Positions 38,401 to 53,400 of a stretch of DNA of 64,000 bases are shown one piece after another (the stretch's first letter is position 1; each line of letters begins with the position of its first letter). A program made the position numbers and the translations under genes. A model generated the notes under the pieces. It was not told the origin of the DNA. It worked only from the letters and a program-made list of their open reading frames with translations, and searched no databases. Source of the stretch: Tubulanus polymorphus (Eukaryota > Animalia > Nemertea); NCBI RefSeq assembly GCF_964204645.1, contig NC_134032.1, positions 6,312,275 through 6,376,274 of the forward strand, in the 5' to 3' direction.

Positions 38401-41400
38401 AAGACAAACCTAAGAAACGGCGTAATCTGATTCCGTTCTAACAATTTGTTCATTCGCATCGTTAACTTGTGGTGTCGTCGCAGCCAACTGTACAAAAACA
38501 TGCGTTTTATTATGGCAATCAAACACCAGGGGTTGCTGTCACTCAAAAATTGGATGTAGTTAACTGGCAAACAAATACCATAGTTACGTATAATGCATTT
38601 TCGATAATCACTTGGGCATCTATCCATTAGATAACTTGTTAGCAAGTGCAGTTCCTTTACTGCTCAGAAAACCCAATTTTGCTGCTTTATCAGTGTTAAT
38701 TCATGGTCAGTTGGTCAAAAGGGGATTAAGTTAACTGATGGATAAAAGTCACAATTGAAATTGCATTCTTACCATGATGTTTGTCCAACTTGTAACTCTA
38801 ACCAAAGTTTGAGTGACCCAGACCAGACTACCTGATATCTCTATATAAATTGTAGTAGTTTCACCAAAAAATGAGAGTAATTCGACATTGAAAAAGTGGT
38901 TTCATCATAAAAATGAACTAGAAATAATTCTGATTTTGAGTATTTTGATAATTTTGGGAGTAGTTGAGCTCTTAAATAGAGTAGAAGCTAGCAGTCAAAT
39001 AAAACGTCCCAATTCCTGTAAAACTGAAGATGAACCAAGAAGTCCCGCAATAACATATTATACGATAAAACTTATCATAACGATACCACAACGCTTCAGC
39101 TGTGTCTCCAGTACACCTTGTTGTTTTTATTGCTAGTTCTGTTTATTTCAACGCATCATACACACGATTGGAACGCGTTCTAAAACCATAACAATGATGT
39201 ACGGTAGCGTTAAATTTCATTCCAAAAAATTTTCCGTTTTAAACGTAAACGAAACAGAAAATAATTCTAAGCTGTACCCGTAGATTCTGTTAAATGTCCT
39301 GTAAGTTTACATTTTTTACTTCTGTTTTTGGACAATCCACCTGATGATGGCTGTTACATGGATGAAAACGGCCCATATTGAAAAAGTCGGAAAATATTTT
39401 CAAAAGAAAAGAATTTTTTTGGGAACAAAAATCAGTAACTTTTAGCCAAACTAGGGGTCCAGGGATACCATGCCCACTTGGGAAGTGGTTTCAAATGCGC
39501 AACAATCTAACAATTTCAATATTCAATGCCCCCTGGTGACCATTTACAAAAAGCAATGACCTTGAAACTCACCACAATCATAGTACATGTCAGCAGCTAC
39601 GATTTTGTAATTTATTGTGATAACAAAATATGCCTCGTTACCAATTTAATATGGAAATACTAAGTCATTCTACTATTCAACGCCCCCTGGTGACCTTATT
39701 CAAAACCCAATGACCTCGAAACTCACCACAATCATAGAAAATGTCATGAACTACAACTTTGCAATTGATCATGGTAACAAAATATGCCTAGGTACCAATA
39801 AAATAAGGAAATACTTCATAAGTTATTCTACTATTCAACGCCCTGTCATGAGCTACAACTTTCCAATTGATTGTGGTTACAAAGTATGCATAGGTACGAA
39901 TATAATAAAGAAATGCTAAGATATTGTATTATTCAACGCCCCCTGGTGGCCATATACGAAATCCAATTACCTTGAAACTCACCACAATCATAGAACAGGT
40001 TATGAGCTACAACTTTCTATTCGATTGTGGTAGCAAAATACGCTTAGGTATCAATATAATGTGGAAAAAACTTTTTCCCACTTACGAATGAGTACTGGTG
40101 ACACCAAGATGGCCGCCAATTGCGTCATAATTGGCTGATGAAAAATACCTGTCTCAGGTATAAAACATCCCTTTCCAAAGAATACCCATCACAAATTGTA
40201 ATGAGAAATGGCAAACCAGTAGGAAGCTACAGGACTCAGAATTGGGGCCAAAATTAACATTTTTGGGCACTAAAAAGGTCATAGGACGGCCATCTTGAGT
40301 CCGACCGACCCAATTTTTGTTATGTTGATGGGCCCTGGGGGGATTCACATATATCCGAAAGATCAAGGTAATTGATCGAAGCGTCTTCAAAATTTCCCTC
40401 AAAAAGTTCAAAAATGTGTAAAAAGTGCTGATTTTGGCGAACAACAATGGCTGCCAGTCGGCCATCTTGATTCTGACAGGGCCAGTTTTTGGGCTGAAGA
40501 TGTGTCTTGGGTAGATACATGTGTAACCCAAATATCAAGACGTTACCTTGAAGCGTCTTCAAAACTTCCCAAAATAACTGGATTCCGTCTACGGACGGAC
40601 GGACGGACGGACGACAAGTGAACGCAATAGCCCGCTGGGACTAAAGTCCCAAGTGGGCTAAAAACTTACTCACTTTTGGTCAAAATGTTAATAGTTTGGG
40701 CCTAAATTAGAGCCGCTTCTTGAATGAGACGCCATATTGGTTTCTCCGACTCCACAGTTGTGCTAACAACTGCCAAAAACCGTCTTAAAGAGCACTCCTA
40801 ACTACGGAGCGCTCCGATGCGACGCCCGCGATTGAGGTGATTAAAGCGATTGAGGTGATTTACACTGTTCTCAGGAATAAAGAAAATGTTAGAAAAGGTC
40901 GGAAATCTGTTTATGGTCGGAAGATTTTCATCCCTGCTGTTAGTCAACAGCTGAAACGTGGTTTCTTTCGTATGAAATTCCATTGTAAGATATCTTAATT
41001 CATCTAGAGTAGAAGATACTTCCAAGTATTTTGATGTTTTTGGGAGTAGATGACCTCTTAAAAAGAGTAGCAAAAATAATCTCTCAAATATTGGTCTTAG
41101 AGGTCTGGAGCTGCAGCCCCTGAGAGGAGGATATAACATATAGCTCTACAGAACCTCTCTCCAATATCACAGAAAAACATACGGAACACTAAATGGAACA
41201 TACACAAACACATACGTAACACTAAACATTAATAATACCTACCGACGGTTATCTTCCGTAATACGATTATCGATAACGTCGCAATTACAGTTTTCATCTT
41301 CGCTAGCCTCTAACAACTTATCCTCATCATCATCATCATCATTATCCGTGCCGCCACCACCACCGGTGACCTCTGGTGGCAACAATTCCAACCCGGTCAC

Positions 41401-44400
41401 CTCAGCTACAATCGTGTTCTTCTGCATGATTTCCGTGTCGGTGATCGCAGTCTCTGCAGAGTTTGCCTCTTCAAATTCCTCGTTACTTTTCTCCTCGCTA
41501 AATGGACCATCAGGTATTATTTCAACCGTTGTGTCAGCATCTAAATTAAATAGACGATAAGCATATTGCAATTTGAAACTTGGGGTCCACGGACACTTTT
41601 TTGCTTCAGATGTGTTTATGGTAGATACATGTATAAACGAAATATTAAGACAATATATAAAAGCAAGGCAAACACTTCCTAAAATAACAGGATTCTGTCT
41701 ACATACGAATGACAGATGAAAAGTGAATGCAATAGCCAGCTGGGATGAAACTGTCAAGAGAACAAATCTTTTGATCATCGTTTTTCCTTAACAAAACATC
41801 TATACAATCTATGAATCTTCATGTCTTTAAGTATCCCAAGAGTTTTTTCATTCATATTGACTCACTTGAATAATAGCAAGGATGGTGAATACCTCCTACC
41901 TTCTTCATCTGTGTTAATCACTGATTCTAGTGGGTTTTTCCGTACTGATGACGGTGGTTCGAGGTGTTGCTTGGGTGAAGCATCACTGGTTGGCATCGCA
42001 GTAGGTACTGCAGTAGTAGTAGATTCTCTTATAAACGGACGTTGTCTTTTCAGATGTCGCCGTATGTCCTGATTATGGTAGAAAAATTAAGGGTTGAAAG
42101 TGTGCACACAATTGCGTAATGTAAGGTCAAAGATGTGTGCACAATTGTATACTGAAAGTGTGCACATAGTTCCATACTGAAAGTTTGCATACAACTGCAT
42201 ACAAAAAGGTTTGGAAATCTGCACATACCAGGCCTATAGCGTGTGGGGCGAGCGAGTTACAACAAACCATCCAAAATCCCAAAAGGGTCAGCATTTAAAA
42301 AATGAATTTTAAGACACTGAATAAAATCCTCTGTACTCCCAGTCCAATAAGTCTATATGTACTTGTGACACTCTGTAGGAAGCCTTGAATTGTGAGTGAA
42401 TTTGTCGTCACAACGCAACATTTTTACCTTTGAGCGCCGTTTAAAAATGGTCCAACCAAAATGTGTTTTTAAGGAAAATGGACTGCCCATAAAATCAATC
42501 ATGCTACGGGGCCAGCATAACCACTTTCAGAAAGTGGAAGTCCTCGCTAGATACTTCAATGTTGCTAAACATGTTTCTTACACTTACCTTCAAACTATCG
42601 AGACGTTTTTTATATTGTTCGATGATCGCGCTGAGCTCTTGTTTATGAGATTTCCACGAGTCAATGTCGTTATATACGTCCTCTTGACAGACAACTGAAT
42701 TGTTTGCTGTTACCTGACATTTTTTCAATATATGAGCATCATCTGCAAAAATGCCAAAGCAAAAATGATTTTATCAGCTTTTAGTGATATATCAAAATTT
42801 CAGGATGAAAAGAACACACTTTGTACGGTTTTAATTGACAGGAACAGGCTTATTTTCAACCCTTAGGCCTAACTTGCGACTGTAGTCAACACATTGGGGA
42901 ACTACCGTAGGCGACTGTTGTCGACAGCCCGACCTATCTCGCATTTAAAGTTTGTTTTTAAGTCACAAGCGCCTCGAAGCGCGTTGAGCCCTAGTTCTTA
43001 ACGCACCCAAACTGCTGATACTCGAGAATCCAAACCCGGAAGTAATTTCACATTCTGATACATGTATTTTAAAGAATTTTGACCTAAAAAATGCCCCGTA
43101 AATTTGATATTTTGATGAAGATTAAAACATTTAGACTGTAATAAGAAGCATAATAAAGGTTTTAACGATGGATAAAGTAATTTACGGTGTCTTTATTTAT
43201 GAATATCGACAATGTAACACGAAATTGTGAGTATTCTGACTTTCTAGGGTCTTTTTGCGCTGGACACCCAAAAATGACCCCACCCAGTGGACCCCCCTCT
43301 TTCAAAAATCGGAACTTCAATCTTTCAGCACCATTCCATGGCTGTGACAATAAACCACCGCTTCGTGAAGTATCAATGCCCTTTATATAATAGTTTGGAA
43401 GTTTTGAGGATTAAATGAGGTTATTTCATTCAGATGCAAATCATCTGGCACATACAGAACATTTAAGCTGCCAGCAGTTAAGGTTAAAGTATGTATGGCT
43501 TACACCTTTAAAGCATCATCCTCCCCACTCCTCCCTCTCTTAGCTCATTATAGCCAAGCTTTGTTCTCCTTTTTTGGAAATTGTTGTTGCCAATTAACCC
43601 ACTGAGATGCAAGAAAATCCACTCAGAAGATGTAGGTTGCACCAACAGCTCCAGTGATCATTGCTAGGCTTTAATACCATTCTGAATTCATTTTGGTTCA
43701 AAAGCCTATCTGTCCCAACATCTTCCGGAGTTGAGAGATAATCTTTCAGGAAATTAATTGATGAAAACTTACCTCTGGAATAAAGAGCGCGATCAGCATC
43801 GTGAAGTGTGACTCCCCACGACCCTGTGTTCACCGTCCATGGTAGCGACCTCTTCTGACGCATTGTTCGGCTGCTATCTGTATCAAGACTTGTTGTCGAG
43901 TCGAAACGTTTTCCCTTAACACTACTGGAACCTGATCGAAATTCAGTAATGTCTTATTTAGATTTGGACTTTGTTTTCAATGCTTAAACTATTAACTATC
44001 ATGTCAGTTCCAAAGTAGCAACACAGTTTGAATTGTCACTTATCAGTATTCAGTTAATGACTGGTTTTTAGTTTATACTTTTAATACATGTAATCATTCT
44101 AAGATAATACAGGTTTAATACAGATCTAGCAGGCCTAAATTTCCCATATATTTCTTCAATATTTCTAGGATATCTTTATGATAATTTTGGGATATTTCTT
44201 TTATATTTCTTTGATGTTTTCAGGTTATGCCTATGATATTTCTATCATATTTATGAGATATTTTAAGAATAATACAACTCTTCTTGTATTCAGGATATTT
44301 CTCAAGAGTTTTTCTAATGTTTCCAGAATATTCTAGGATAGTTTTCTTACCGAATTGTAGATGTCCTTTACGCAGACGTCGTTTTGATCGTCTGGTCGAC

Positions 44401-47400
44401 ACGCCGTTCTTCCTGCAACGACATCGACGATTCACCCCGCTACCAATAGGGGGCAGTGATGTATCTGTGGCAGTGAATCGATTATTGCGACACTTAGCGA
44501 TGTACAAATGACCGTCTTTATCCTCGTTGCAAAACCATTTCTATAGATGTAAAATTATTCTACCTGATTAAAACAAAAAAGCCAAACACCGTATTGAATT
44601 CATTCAAGAGGAATGAAACTAATCATTTATAACGGCTCTGCTCTCTATAAAACCCCATCAGACTCAGAGCCCGTGCTGTAAAGATAATACGAAATCCCTA
44701 CAAACTAAGAATCTACGGTACTAAAGAGTCTAAAGTTTTCCTTTGAGCTAGTAGTTAATTCGATATTTAAGCGAACAGTCATCTTCAGGAATACTGATGT
44801 TATAACACAATTACTATTGCAACCATATGCATAATTGATAACCACATCTAAAAGGTTTTTTGACGCCTTATAAAACGTTACCATTATGAAACCTAAACAA
44901 TGTTAACCATTCAGCGTCATTTTACAAACGACAACCGTAAATCGATGTGCAAAAGGTCACAGGTCTATGTGTACACATACGAGCTATTTGGCAAAATATT
45001 ATTGCGGAGATGTAGAATGGCTTTCTGTGATTATATAATGACCTCTATTTGAACATCAAAATGTTATATTGCATTGAATATCACGAGAAGACATATTGTA
45101 ATAGCAAAGGATGTATGATTATATCAGAAACGGCAGGCATATACAGAAATAAGTAAATCGGATTATTCGGTTAAATGGCGGATGTATACACGATTTGGAA
45201 GTCTGATATAAAAGTCAGACCCTGACATGGGGATGCTGGTGGAATGACAAAGCTATCTACGATCTGTGTAGGGCCGGCGTGAATTTCATCGGCGGCTACA
45301 AGCGGTCAATATAAATACGTGTAAACATATAATTTCAATATTCAAATGTTTTGGAGAATATGTTCGATATTAGGGGTATGCAGTTTTCAGGAGATTAGCA
45401 ATTTATAATAGCATAGCTGTCATATACGGCTCCGCGTCCACTGATGGCATGTGTATTAGGTGACAATTCAATTCAATTCTTTATTGATCCTTATTACATT
45501 GAAATTTCGGGATAAAATTCCCAAATTCAATAAAGTTACAAATTTTAAAATAAGACAAGAGGCCCATGGGTCTTGAAGCATTGGTAGATTATACTGGGTA
45601 TTAAGTGGTTATAATGTTTTACATCTGCCGGCAAATCTTCTATGACGATGTTGATTGGGAGGACCACAGACTTAAAGGTCTATTTGTCTAGTACGATTTT
45701 ATTCCTGAAAATGAATTTATTTTCTTCCGAACGATTTAGCCTAGGCTATTTGTACTGTTAAACCTCATTAATGCGATTCTGTTAAAAAGACGAAACTAGT
45801 TTATTCTGATGTTTTCCATCATGTCCCAGCCAAGATATTTATATCAATCAAGATTTGGATACAAAAACCCATTTTTACGCATGAACTGTTAGGCCCCACT
45901 GAATAATGAAAACAAAAACAGAACTATTTTTCTGAATGCAATTGCAAGACCCTCTGATCTTAGAGCTCCAAGCTCTGATGCATGTACGCATGCAAAACGT
46001 CGCAGAGAGCGATGCCGGCGTTGGTGTCACTGAGGCCGGGTGATGATTGTTTGTTTGTCTTTTTGTTTGTTTGGCTTTACGTACGTCGTTTGGATCTTGG
46101 TTTCCCAAGACTATTCCTATTGGATTGTTCATTTAACTTCACGACGGTACGGCCTTTGAAGTGTTGCCCGAACACTGTTCGCAGCCAGCAGGACTCGAAC
46201 CCACTTGTCACTCAGCATTGATAGTGGATTCAACAGCATCACGCCTTTCTCACTGAGCTACCGAGCTCGATTCAATTCCAACTAGGGGTCCAGGGACACC
46301 ATGCCCACTTGGGAAGTGGTTTCAAATGCTCAACAATCTAACAATTTCAATATTCAACGCCCTCTGGTGACCATATACAAAAACCAATGACCTTGAAACT
46401 CAATACAATCGTAAAACATGTCAGCAGCTACGATTTTGTAATTGATTGTGATAACAAAAAATGCCTCGTTACCAATTTAATATGGAAATACTAAGTTATT
46501 CTACTATTCAACGCCCCCTGGTGACCATATTCAAAACCCAATGACCTCGAAACTCACCACAATCATAGAACATGTCATGAACTACAACTTTGCAATAGAT
46601 CATGGTAACAAAATATGCCTAGGTACCAATGTAATAAGGAAATACCAGGTTATTCTACTATTCAACGCCCCCTGGTGACCATATAGAATAACTAATTTCC
46701 TTAAAACTCACCGCAATCATAGATGATGTCATGAGCTACAACTTTGCATTTGATTGCGGTAACAAAATATGTATTGGTACAAATATAATATAGAAATACT
46801 AAGATATTGTATTATTCAACGCCCCCTGGTGGCCATATACAAAAACCAATGAACTTGAAACTCACCACAATCATAGTACACGTTATACGCTACAACTTTC
46901 TAATTCATTGTTGTAACAAAATATGCTTAGGTATCAATATAATGTCGAAAAACTTTTTCCCACCTAAGAATGAATACTAATGACACCAAGATGGCTGCCA
47001 ATTGCGTCATAATTGGCGGATCAAAAATACCTGTCTCAGGTATAAAACATCCCTTTACAAAGAATACCCATCACAAATTGCAATGAAAAATGGCAAGCCA
47101 GTAGGAAGCTACAAGACCTAGAATTCTGGCCAAAATTGACATTTTTGGGCACTAAATAGGTCATAGGACGGCCATCTTGAGTCAGATGGACCCAAATTTT
47201 CTTATGCTGATGGGCCCTTGGTAGATTCAAATAAAATCGAAACATCAAGGTAATTGATCAAAGCGTCTTCAAAATTTCCCTCGTAAACCTCGAAAATGTG
47301 TAGAAAGTGCTGATTTTGGCGAACAACAATGGCTGCCAGTCGGCCATCTTGATTCTGACAGGGCCAGTTTTTGGGCCAGTTACCTTGAAGCGTCTTCAAA

Positions 47401-50400
47401 ACTTCCCAAAATAACTGGATTTCGTCTACGGACGGACGACGGACGAAAAGTGAACGCAATAGCCCGCTGGGACTAAAGTCCCAAGTGGGCTAAAAAACTA
47501 CAGCAGCGGCAAATAACCATCGCAATATTGCAATTTACGACAAACAACGCGTAAATTCAATCACTGCAGTTTAACGCATCGAAAAGATAATAAAAGGTAT
47601 TTTTTCCCGGCGCGCATTACAAAGCCGAGTGCGTAAGAGGGTGCTACCGCCTTATGAGTGCGCAGCAGGCGGGTAGGGTGTCCTAAAGTGAAAACTTATA
47701 TTAGAATATAGCCGAATCGAATTTTACAATGTCAGTCAACTGATTGATGATACGACATGGTTGTTCTCGGCGTACTTAACAATGATATTTTCCTCCAATA
47801 AACAACTCTGGTAAAATTGAATAAAATGATCTATCTTTATTGGTGATATCGTATCATGGTGGTAGCCTACCGTTTACCGTTTGATGTTTCGTGTCATCAT
47901 GAAATGGTTTTAACTTTAGTAAAGGCGTTCCCGCCCGATCACATACGGGTTTCAGTCACGAGTAGGCTGCCATTCCACTGCTCTAGAAATACGTATTCTG
48001 ACGCTGAAAATGAATCCCAAATAATCCCATGGATACTGAAAGTTGGAATAACCGTGATATCCAAACGCTGTGATATTTATAAACCGGAGGTACATAATTT
48101 TATGTTTTTCAATTCAGAAGAGGCTGTTCCCCATTCTTTACTGCCAATATCAATGCAGACATATCGCTACGCGATTGTTTAACCCGCTCTCATCTACCAG
48201 ATAATGAACGAGAAAAATGCGATCGAATAATTTTTTGGACCATTAAATCAGAAATCTGGCGACGCTATGTTGTGGGGAATAATTGAAACATTTTTTTTAG
48301 TCATTTTCAGCTGTTTCTAATGTTTTACGTGAACAGAGTGACAATTTGAAGTTACTATGAAAATGAGAAGAGTCGGCGCTATTTTTTCGTACTACTATTT
48401 TCGATCAATTTTACTAGCATTGGCATGATGTCATAGACGTCAACCAATGCTAAAAATACAAAATACAAGACACACGAGTAATTCATACAGAATAACATAA
48501 ATAAGTTATTTAAATCACAATGTCTACTTCAACCCAGACTCAAGTCTAGGATATCGAGTGACAACCAAACCGGGCCTCGGGGACCGGGCCGGCTGGCTAC
48601 ACGATATGCTCAAAGTCATGATGAAGCAGGCATCAGAAGAGCTCTTTCTTCAACCATGAAGGCAATGAAGTTGTAGACCAGCTTAGAGGCAAAAGTGAAT
48701 CGAAGTCGGTCGCAAGTTGACAATTTTTTTTTTTAATTAGACCAGTCGAAGACCTGTATCATCTACCCAATCGCCAAACCTCATAACTCCCCAAATTTCT
48801 TAAAACTTCGATTTCAAATATGCAATTCCACATTAGCTTATCCCAGAAATTCTACATTTTTTTCGCAGGCGTCAAATAATTTATTAAAATTAATTTTCTT
48901 GTTAAGGTTTCCATAACTTCTGTAACTTTCAAGACTTAACTTCATACACTTAAAAGAGATATTTCACACTTTCTCAAGGTATACCGGTATTGCTACTTTA
49001 GTTGAATTCAACACTATTAATGTGTTAAGTGATACATATTTTTTTAGGAACATTTTTTGAATGACATTTGCATAATTTAAGTTAAACATACCTAATTTCT
49101 CATTTCTACAGAACTTAAAAGTTGATCCGGCCGGCCGCCTATATACCCTGTACATTAAAATTTATAATTCTCCCTATTAACTCATAAATAACAATTTTAA
49201 TACTGTTATCAGCAGAATTCATGGCAGCCACCATATTTTATATGAGAGCCACCATATTTTACCTCAGAAGTGGTGCCTGGCCCATCACACACATGAGTGT
49301 AGAAACATTCATCAAAGATCTCAGTAAAAAACTCCTGCTAGGCTGCCAGTGGGGTCTCAGCATTTATTTATCCGCCCACTGTGTGAAGCACATCAAGATG
49401 ATTGTTGATGCAGCATTATGCTGCATTTTAGAACTGTTGCTGGACTTCAAATGATGAATACAGCAATAACACGTATCTGAGAGGGCCGGACTACATCACA
49501 GCTGATAGCCCAGGTTGCACATAACGTTTTCACAACGTTATGCATGTCAGCCTGAAGTTGTTGATTTAACGTTAGCAGCAAAACGTCTTAACGTTTTATC
49601 GACGTAACATATTATAGGAATTAAAACATTTATGAATTCAGTGATTTAAGAGAAATTTATCTCGTCAATTATTAATTTCTAATTACTGAATCGGAAAATT
49701 GTAGGAAAATATTGAAATATTATTCTGTAAAACTGGCATTCGAAACGCATCATCGTGAATTTTACTTTCAACAGCAACAGCTACTGAGTAGTGCGAAATA
49801 GTGTTGACCGCGCATCTCTTTGTCTGGATACAATCAGCGTTATTACAAAAGCGAGTTTTCAAGAAGTTTTCACGTTCAAGATCCTATTGTGTTAGGCCTA
49901 TCATCGTCGACGAACTTCATATTCTTTTGAGGTATTGTGTGTTCATTCACATATTGTTATTAACTGGGCCTTACGGTAATATCTACGCTCATAACCGACC
50001 GACCGACCGCCCGCACAATTCAATTCAATTTCTTCTTTATTGTAACTTTGATGTTTCACATAATCATTTTCCCAATGTTATTGTAAAATACGAAACGAGT
50101 ATGTCCATTCTCTAATTTTACCCTTGAGCCTGGTGAGCATGAAGCCCAGAGTTTATGCTAAAACGAACAACTACTAATGAACAATTGTTTTTATTTTACA
50201 GAAAGCAGCCCTAGCACCAGTCGAAACTGCTGATGAATTTTGATGCCGCCATTTTATGTACTTATTTGTTTAATTAAAGTATTTAATATTTGAAATTTTT
50301 CCGTTTTGAAGAGCTTTTTGGTCTTTTTCTGACGTTGGTACTATGTTGAGAAATCGTTATTTATTAACGTTAGCCGAATGTTGGGAGAAAACATTGTGCC

Positions 50401-53400
50401 AACCAAAATACGACTGAACAGAATAACGTTGTCCTGACGTTGTCGCAACATTGTTTGACAACGTTGTTTGACAACGTTGTTTGACAACGTTGGAATGTTG
50501 AAAATATAACTTTGTCTCAGTGTTTATACGTGATTGTGCAACCTACGAGAAAGCATCTCCTACATGGGGAAATTGGTGGCAGCCAGGAACTCTACTAACG
50601 CCATCTGGTACAATGCGTGCACAATTATCAAGTAGCGAAAGGGTTAACTGATTAAAAATTCAATGCAGTTTAAAAAGTATCCGGCTGATTAGGGGGAACA
50701 AGGTATCAAATTTCTGAAACCTTAACCATGTTATCATCTTGCGATGGCAGTATGAAATGTACAGGGTTCGCATTGCTTTGGATATTGGTGAACATTATGT
50801 ATATTGCTATAAAGGATACAAACCTGGCCTATTTTACACGGTAGCTGATAGTCTGGTTTTAAACATTGCTCTTTGATACGAAGCTCTTTCGGTGACAGTA
50901 GATTATTCTTCGCAGCCTCGACGCGTTCGCGCCACATTATTTTCTTGAACGTTATTTTTCTGGAATGAAATTGAAGCAAGAATGGCACATTTTTCGATTT
51001 CTTTACCAGCCATATAAACAGTTTAAAACTATTACTGGTATCTATAAACAAGTGACTGTCTATAATTCAAATGATGAAAAAACCATAATTACGAAGCAGA
51101 GATTAAGACTCAATTTTATGAGTTATGTTCAATTTCAAAACTATGAGTAGAGATGTTTAGACACACTGCAATTCTATGAGCCATTTTCTTGAGGAGTAAT
51201 GACGTTATGAATCAATTCTATCAGCCAAAAACTTAGTGAGTAGTGATTGTAGTGTTTGTAGTTATTATTCGGTTTCTGTCTGTAGTTAGCATAGCGGAAA
51301 ATGGGCTGACTTGTGTCACTGAGAAATGCTTGGTTGAATTAACTTATAGTTATTTCTAAACCTGTCTTTATCAATAGATTTGGCCAACTCAGGATACTAC
51401 AGTGATGTTTCGACTCAATTCTGAGCTATTCTCCTGATAATGGACCATAGAATTAAGTCTAAACGTCACTACTCTCTTAGTTTTGAAGTATTATCATTTC
51501 AGCTGAACCTACCCTCTCTCTATCAGGAATGTGTCCCTCCATGCTTTCTTTCTGCTGATTAAGCCTTTGTAATTACTGCAATGTGAATTAACATTAGAAC
51601 ATCATAACAGAAGGATACATAGCTAGGTTAATTCAACAGTCCGTTCTAACATCTGAATGAAAAGGGCCAATCATCAAAGATAGGGGGTAGTGACCGAATG
51701 GGGTACAAAGAACCCCCACGGACTAACGTTCCTGAATACATTTGTATGCATTCCGGAAAATCCAAAACTTGATGAATCATCATCAGAGAAACAGTAATGA
51801 AAACCATAATAATATTGTATCATTACTAGGGTCTTTTGCTTACTTTCATCATTAGGCATGATTTTTTTAATGCTGTAACCGTTACATTAATGTTTATACA
51901 CATTGATAATTATTACGCGTTATCTAAGGGGTTCTGTGTTAGATGATGTGCACTATCAATATTGGGAATTCAAAATAACAATCACATTTGTCAATTTTGG
52001 CATTCATTTTGTAATCAAACATATTTCATGACTCTCATTTTCTATGTGATAAATTTCCACCTCTTTTTGATAACTATTTTTTGAGAGTATTTGTGCTACA
52101 TCATCAATATATCGGGGCTAGACTGGTTGCCGGTCAATTCAATTCAATTATTGGTACACTCAAACTCAAAGTAACTTTATATATCCTAAATATTATTTGA
52201 TTTATATATAATTCATTGTTGAAAATATAATACAATATATGCGTTAGTTTTCTTCAAGGCATCCATGTGTGGATTGAGACGCTAGCACTGTAGGCACGTG
52301 CTATCATCGTGAAAATTTTATGCCCTCTTAAGTATTTGTTCCTGGAAATATACTTTCAAATTAGTTTTTTTGTCCATAAGTTTTATTTTGATGATGATAT
52401 TTAGATTTGTCTCAAAACTTAAGTTCTCGAAATTTAGATTCATAAATCAAAGATATTAACAATTGCCGGAATGTTCAAGATCTTCTAAACCAAGATTTCA
52501 TCAGTCCATCTCGTATTTACTTGTTCGGATCTTTAGCATATTCCAGTAAAGGAAGAATTGATCGACCATCCATGTGCTCAGGTACTGGTACTCCTGCTAT
52601 ATCCAGTAGCGTTGGTGCTACGTCAAGATTTATCACTATATTCGGAATTCTAAAAGCAAAGAAAGCACGAATAAACGTAACAAGGCATGTGTTCTTCCGA
52701 AATGTAGTTCCAAAAAAAAAACAAATGAATAACTAAATCAACAAATAAGCAATGCATTTCGATAAAATTCAATAGGGTTAGAGATTTTATTATGCATTGA
52801 ATGTGTTGAAAGTTCCGAAGAGAAACTTAAGTGAAATTCCTTAAGTAAATAATCCAGTAAACAACAGGCTTGAGGGAAACACAACAACAGAAGACAGAAA
52901 CACGTTTCCCAGCGATTCTACGTGTTGTGTGAGTTTAGTTGAAATGAGAAAACTGGTGATGAAACATGTTTGATTCCATGTTTCTATGTTTCCTTGTATC
53001 GTGGTCTTTAACACGCCTATTTCAAAAGTTAAATTCATCCTTGAAATATAAATCCACAGTATTTTCACAGACACTTCCGTCAGGCGCGTCTAGTGATTCT
53101 ATCGTTATACTGACTTACCGAATTCCGTGGGGAATTCCCGGACCGCGGATGAGAAATGGCACACGTACATCGAACTCGTACGGCATTGCTTTACCCTTCA
53201 ACAATCCGAACTGTCCGAGATGGTAACCGTGATCAGACGTGTAGATTATATATGTGTTGCGCAATTCACCGAGATTCTTCAATTCGTAATAAACCTACAG
53301 TAGAATGGAACAATAAACAGTAAACCCTCTCTAAAACAAACACAATTGATCGACAAAAACTGCCGGGGGCCAGTCGCAATGAGAGCATAGATTAAAGACC

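Noticed and set aside
39340-39375. CTGATGA...GAAAAC hammerhead-like motif
   Set aside because: Stems I-III do not pair convincingly.
40154-40562. Similar ORFs recurring at 27673, 40154/40320 and 47036/47202
   Set aside because: Chance frames within the non-coding HINE repeat; frames and stops are not conserved among copies.
41541-41778. Hydrophobic N-terminus of ORF 41239..41778 as a separate secreted or membrane protein
   Set aside because: That part is intron containing a HINE fragment; only 41243-41540 is a Sulf exon.
46352-46960. Regularly spaced ATTCAACGCCCCCTGGTG motif suggesting a CRISPR-like array
   Set aside because: The sequence between motifs is also homologous (whole 154-bp tandem units), there are no unique spacers or cas genes, and the context is a eukaryotic intron.
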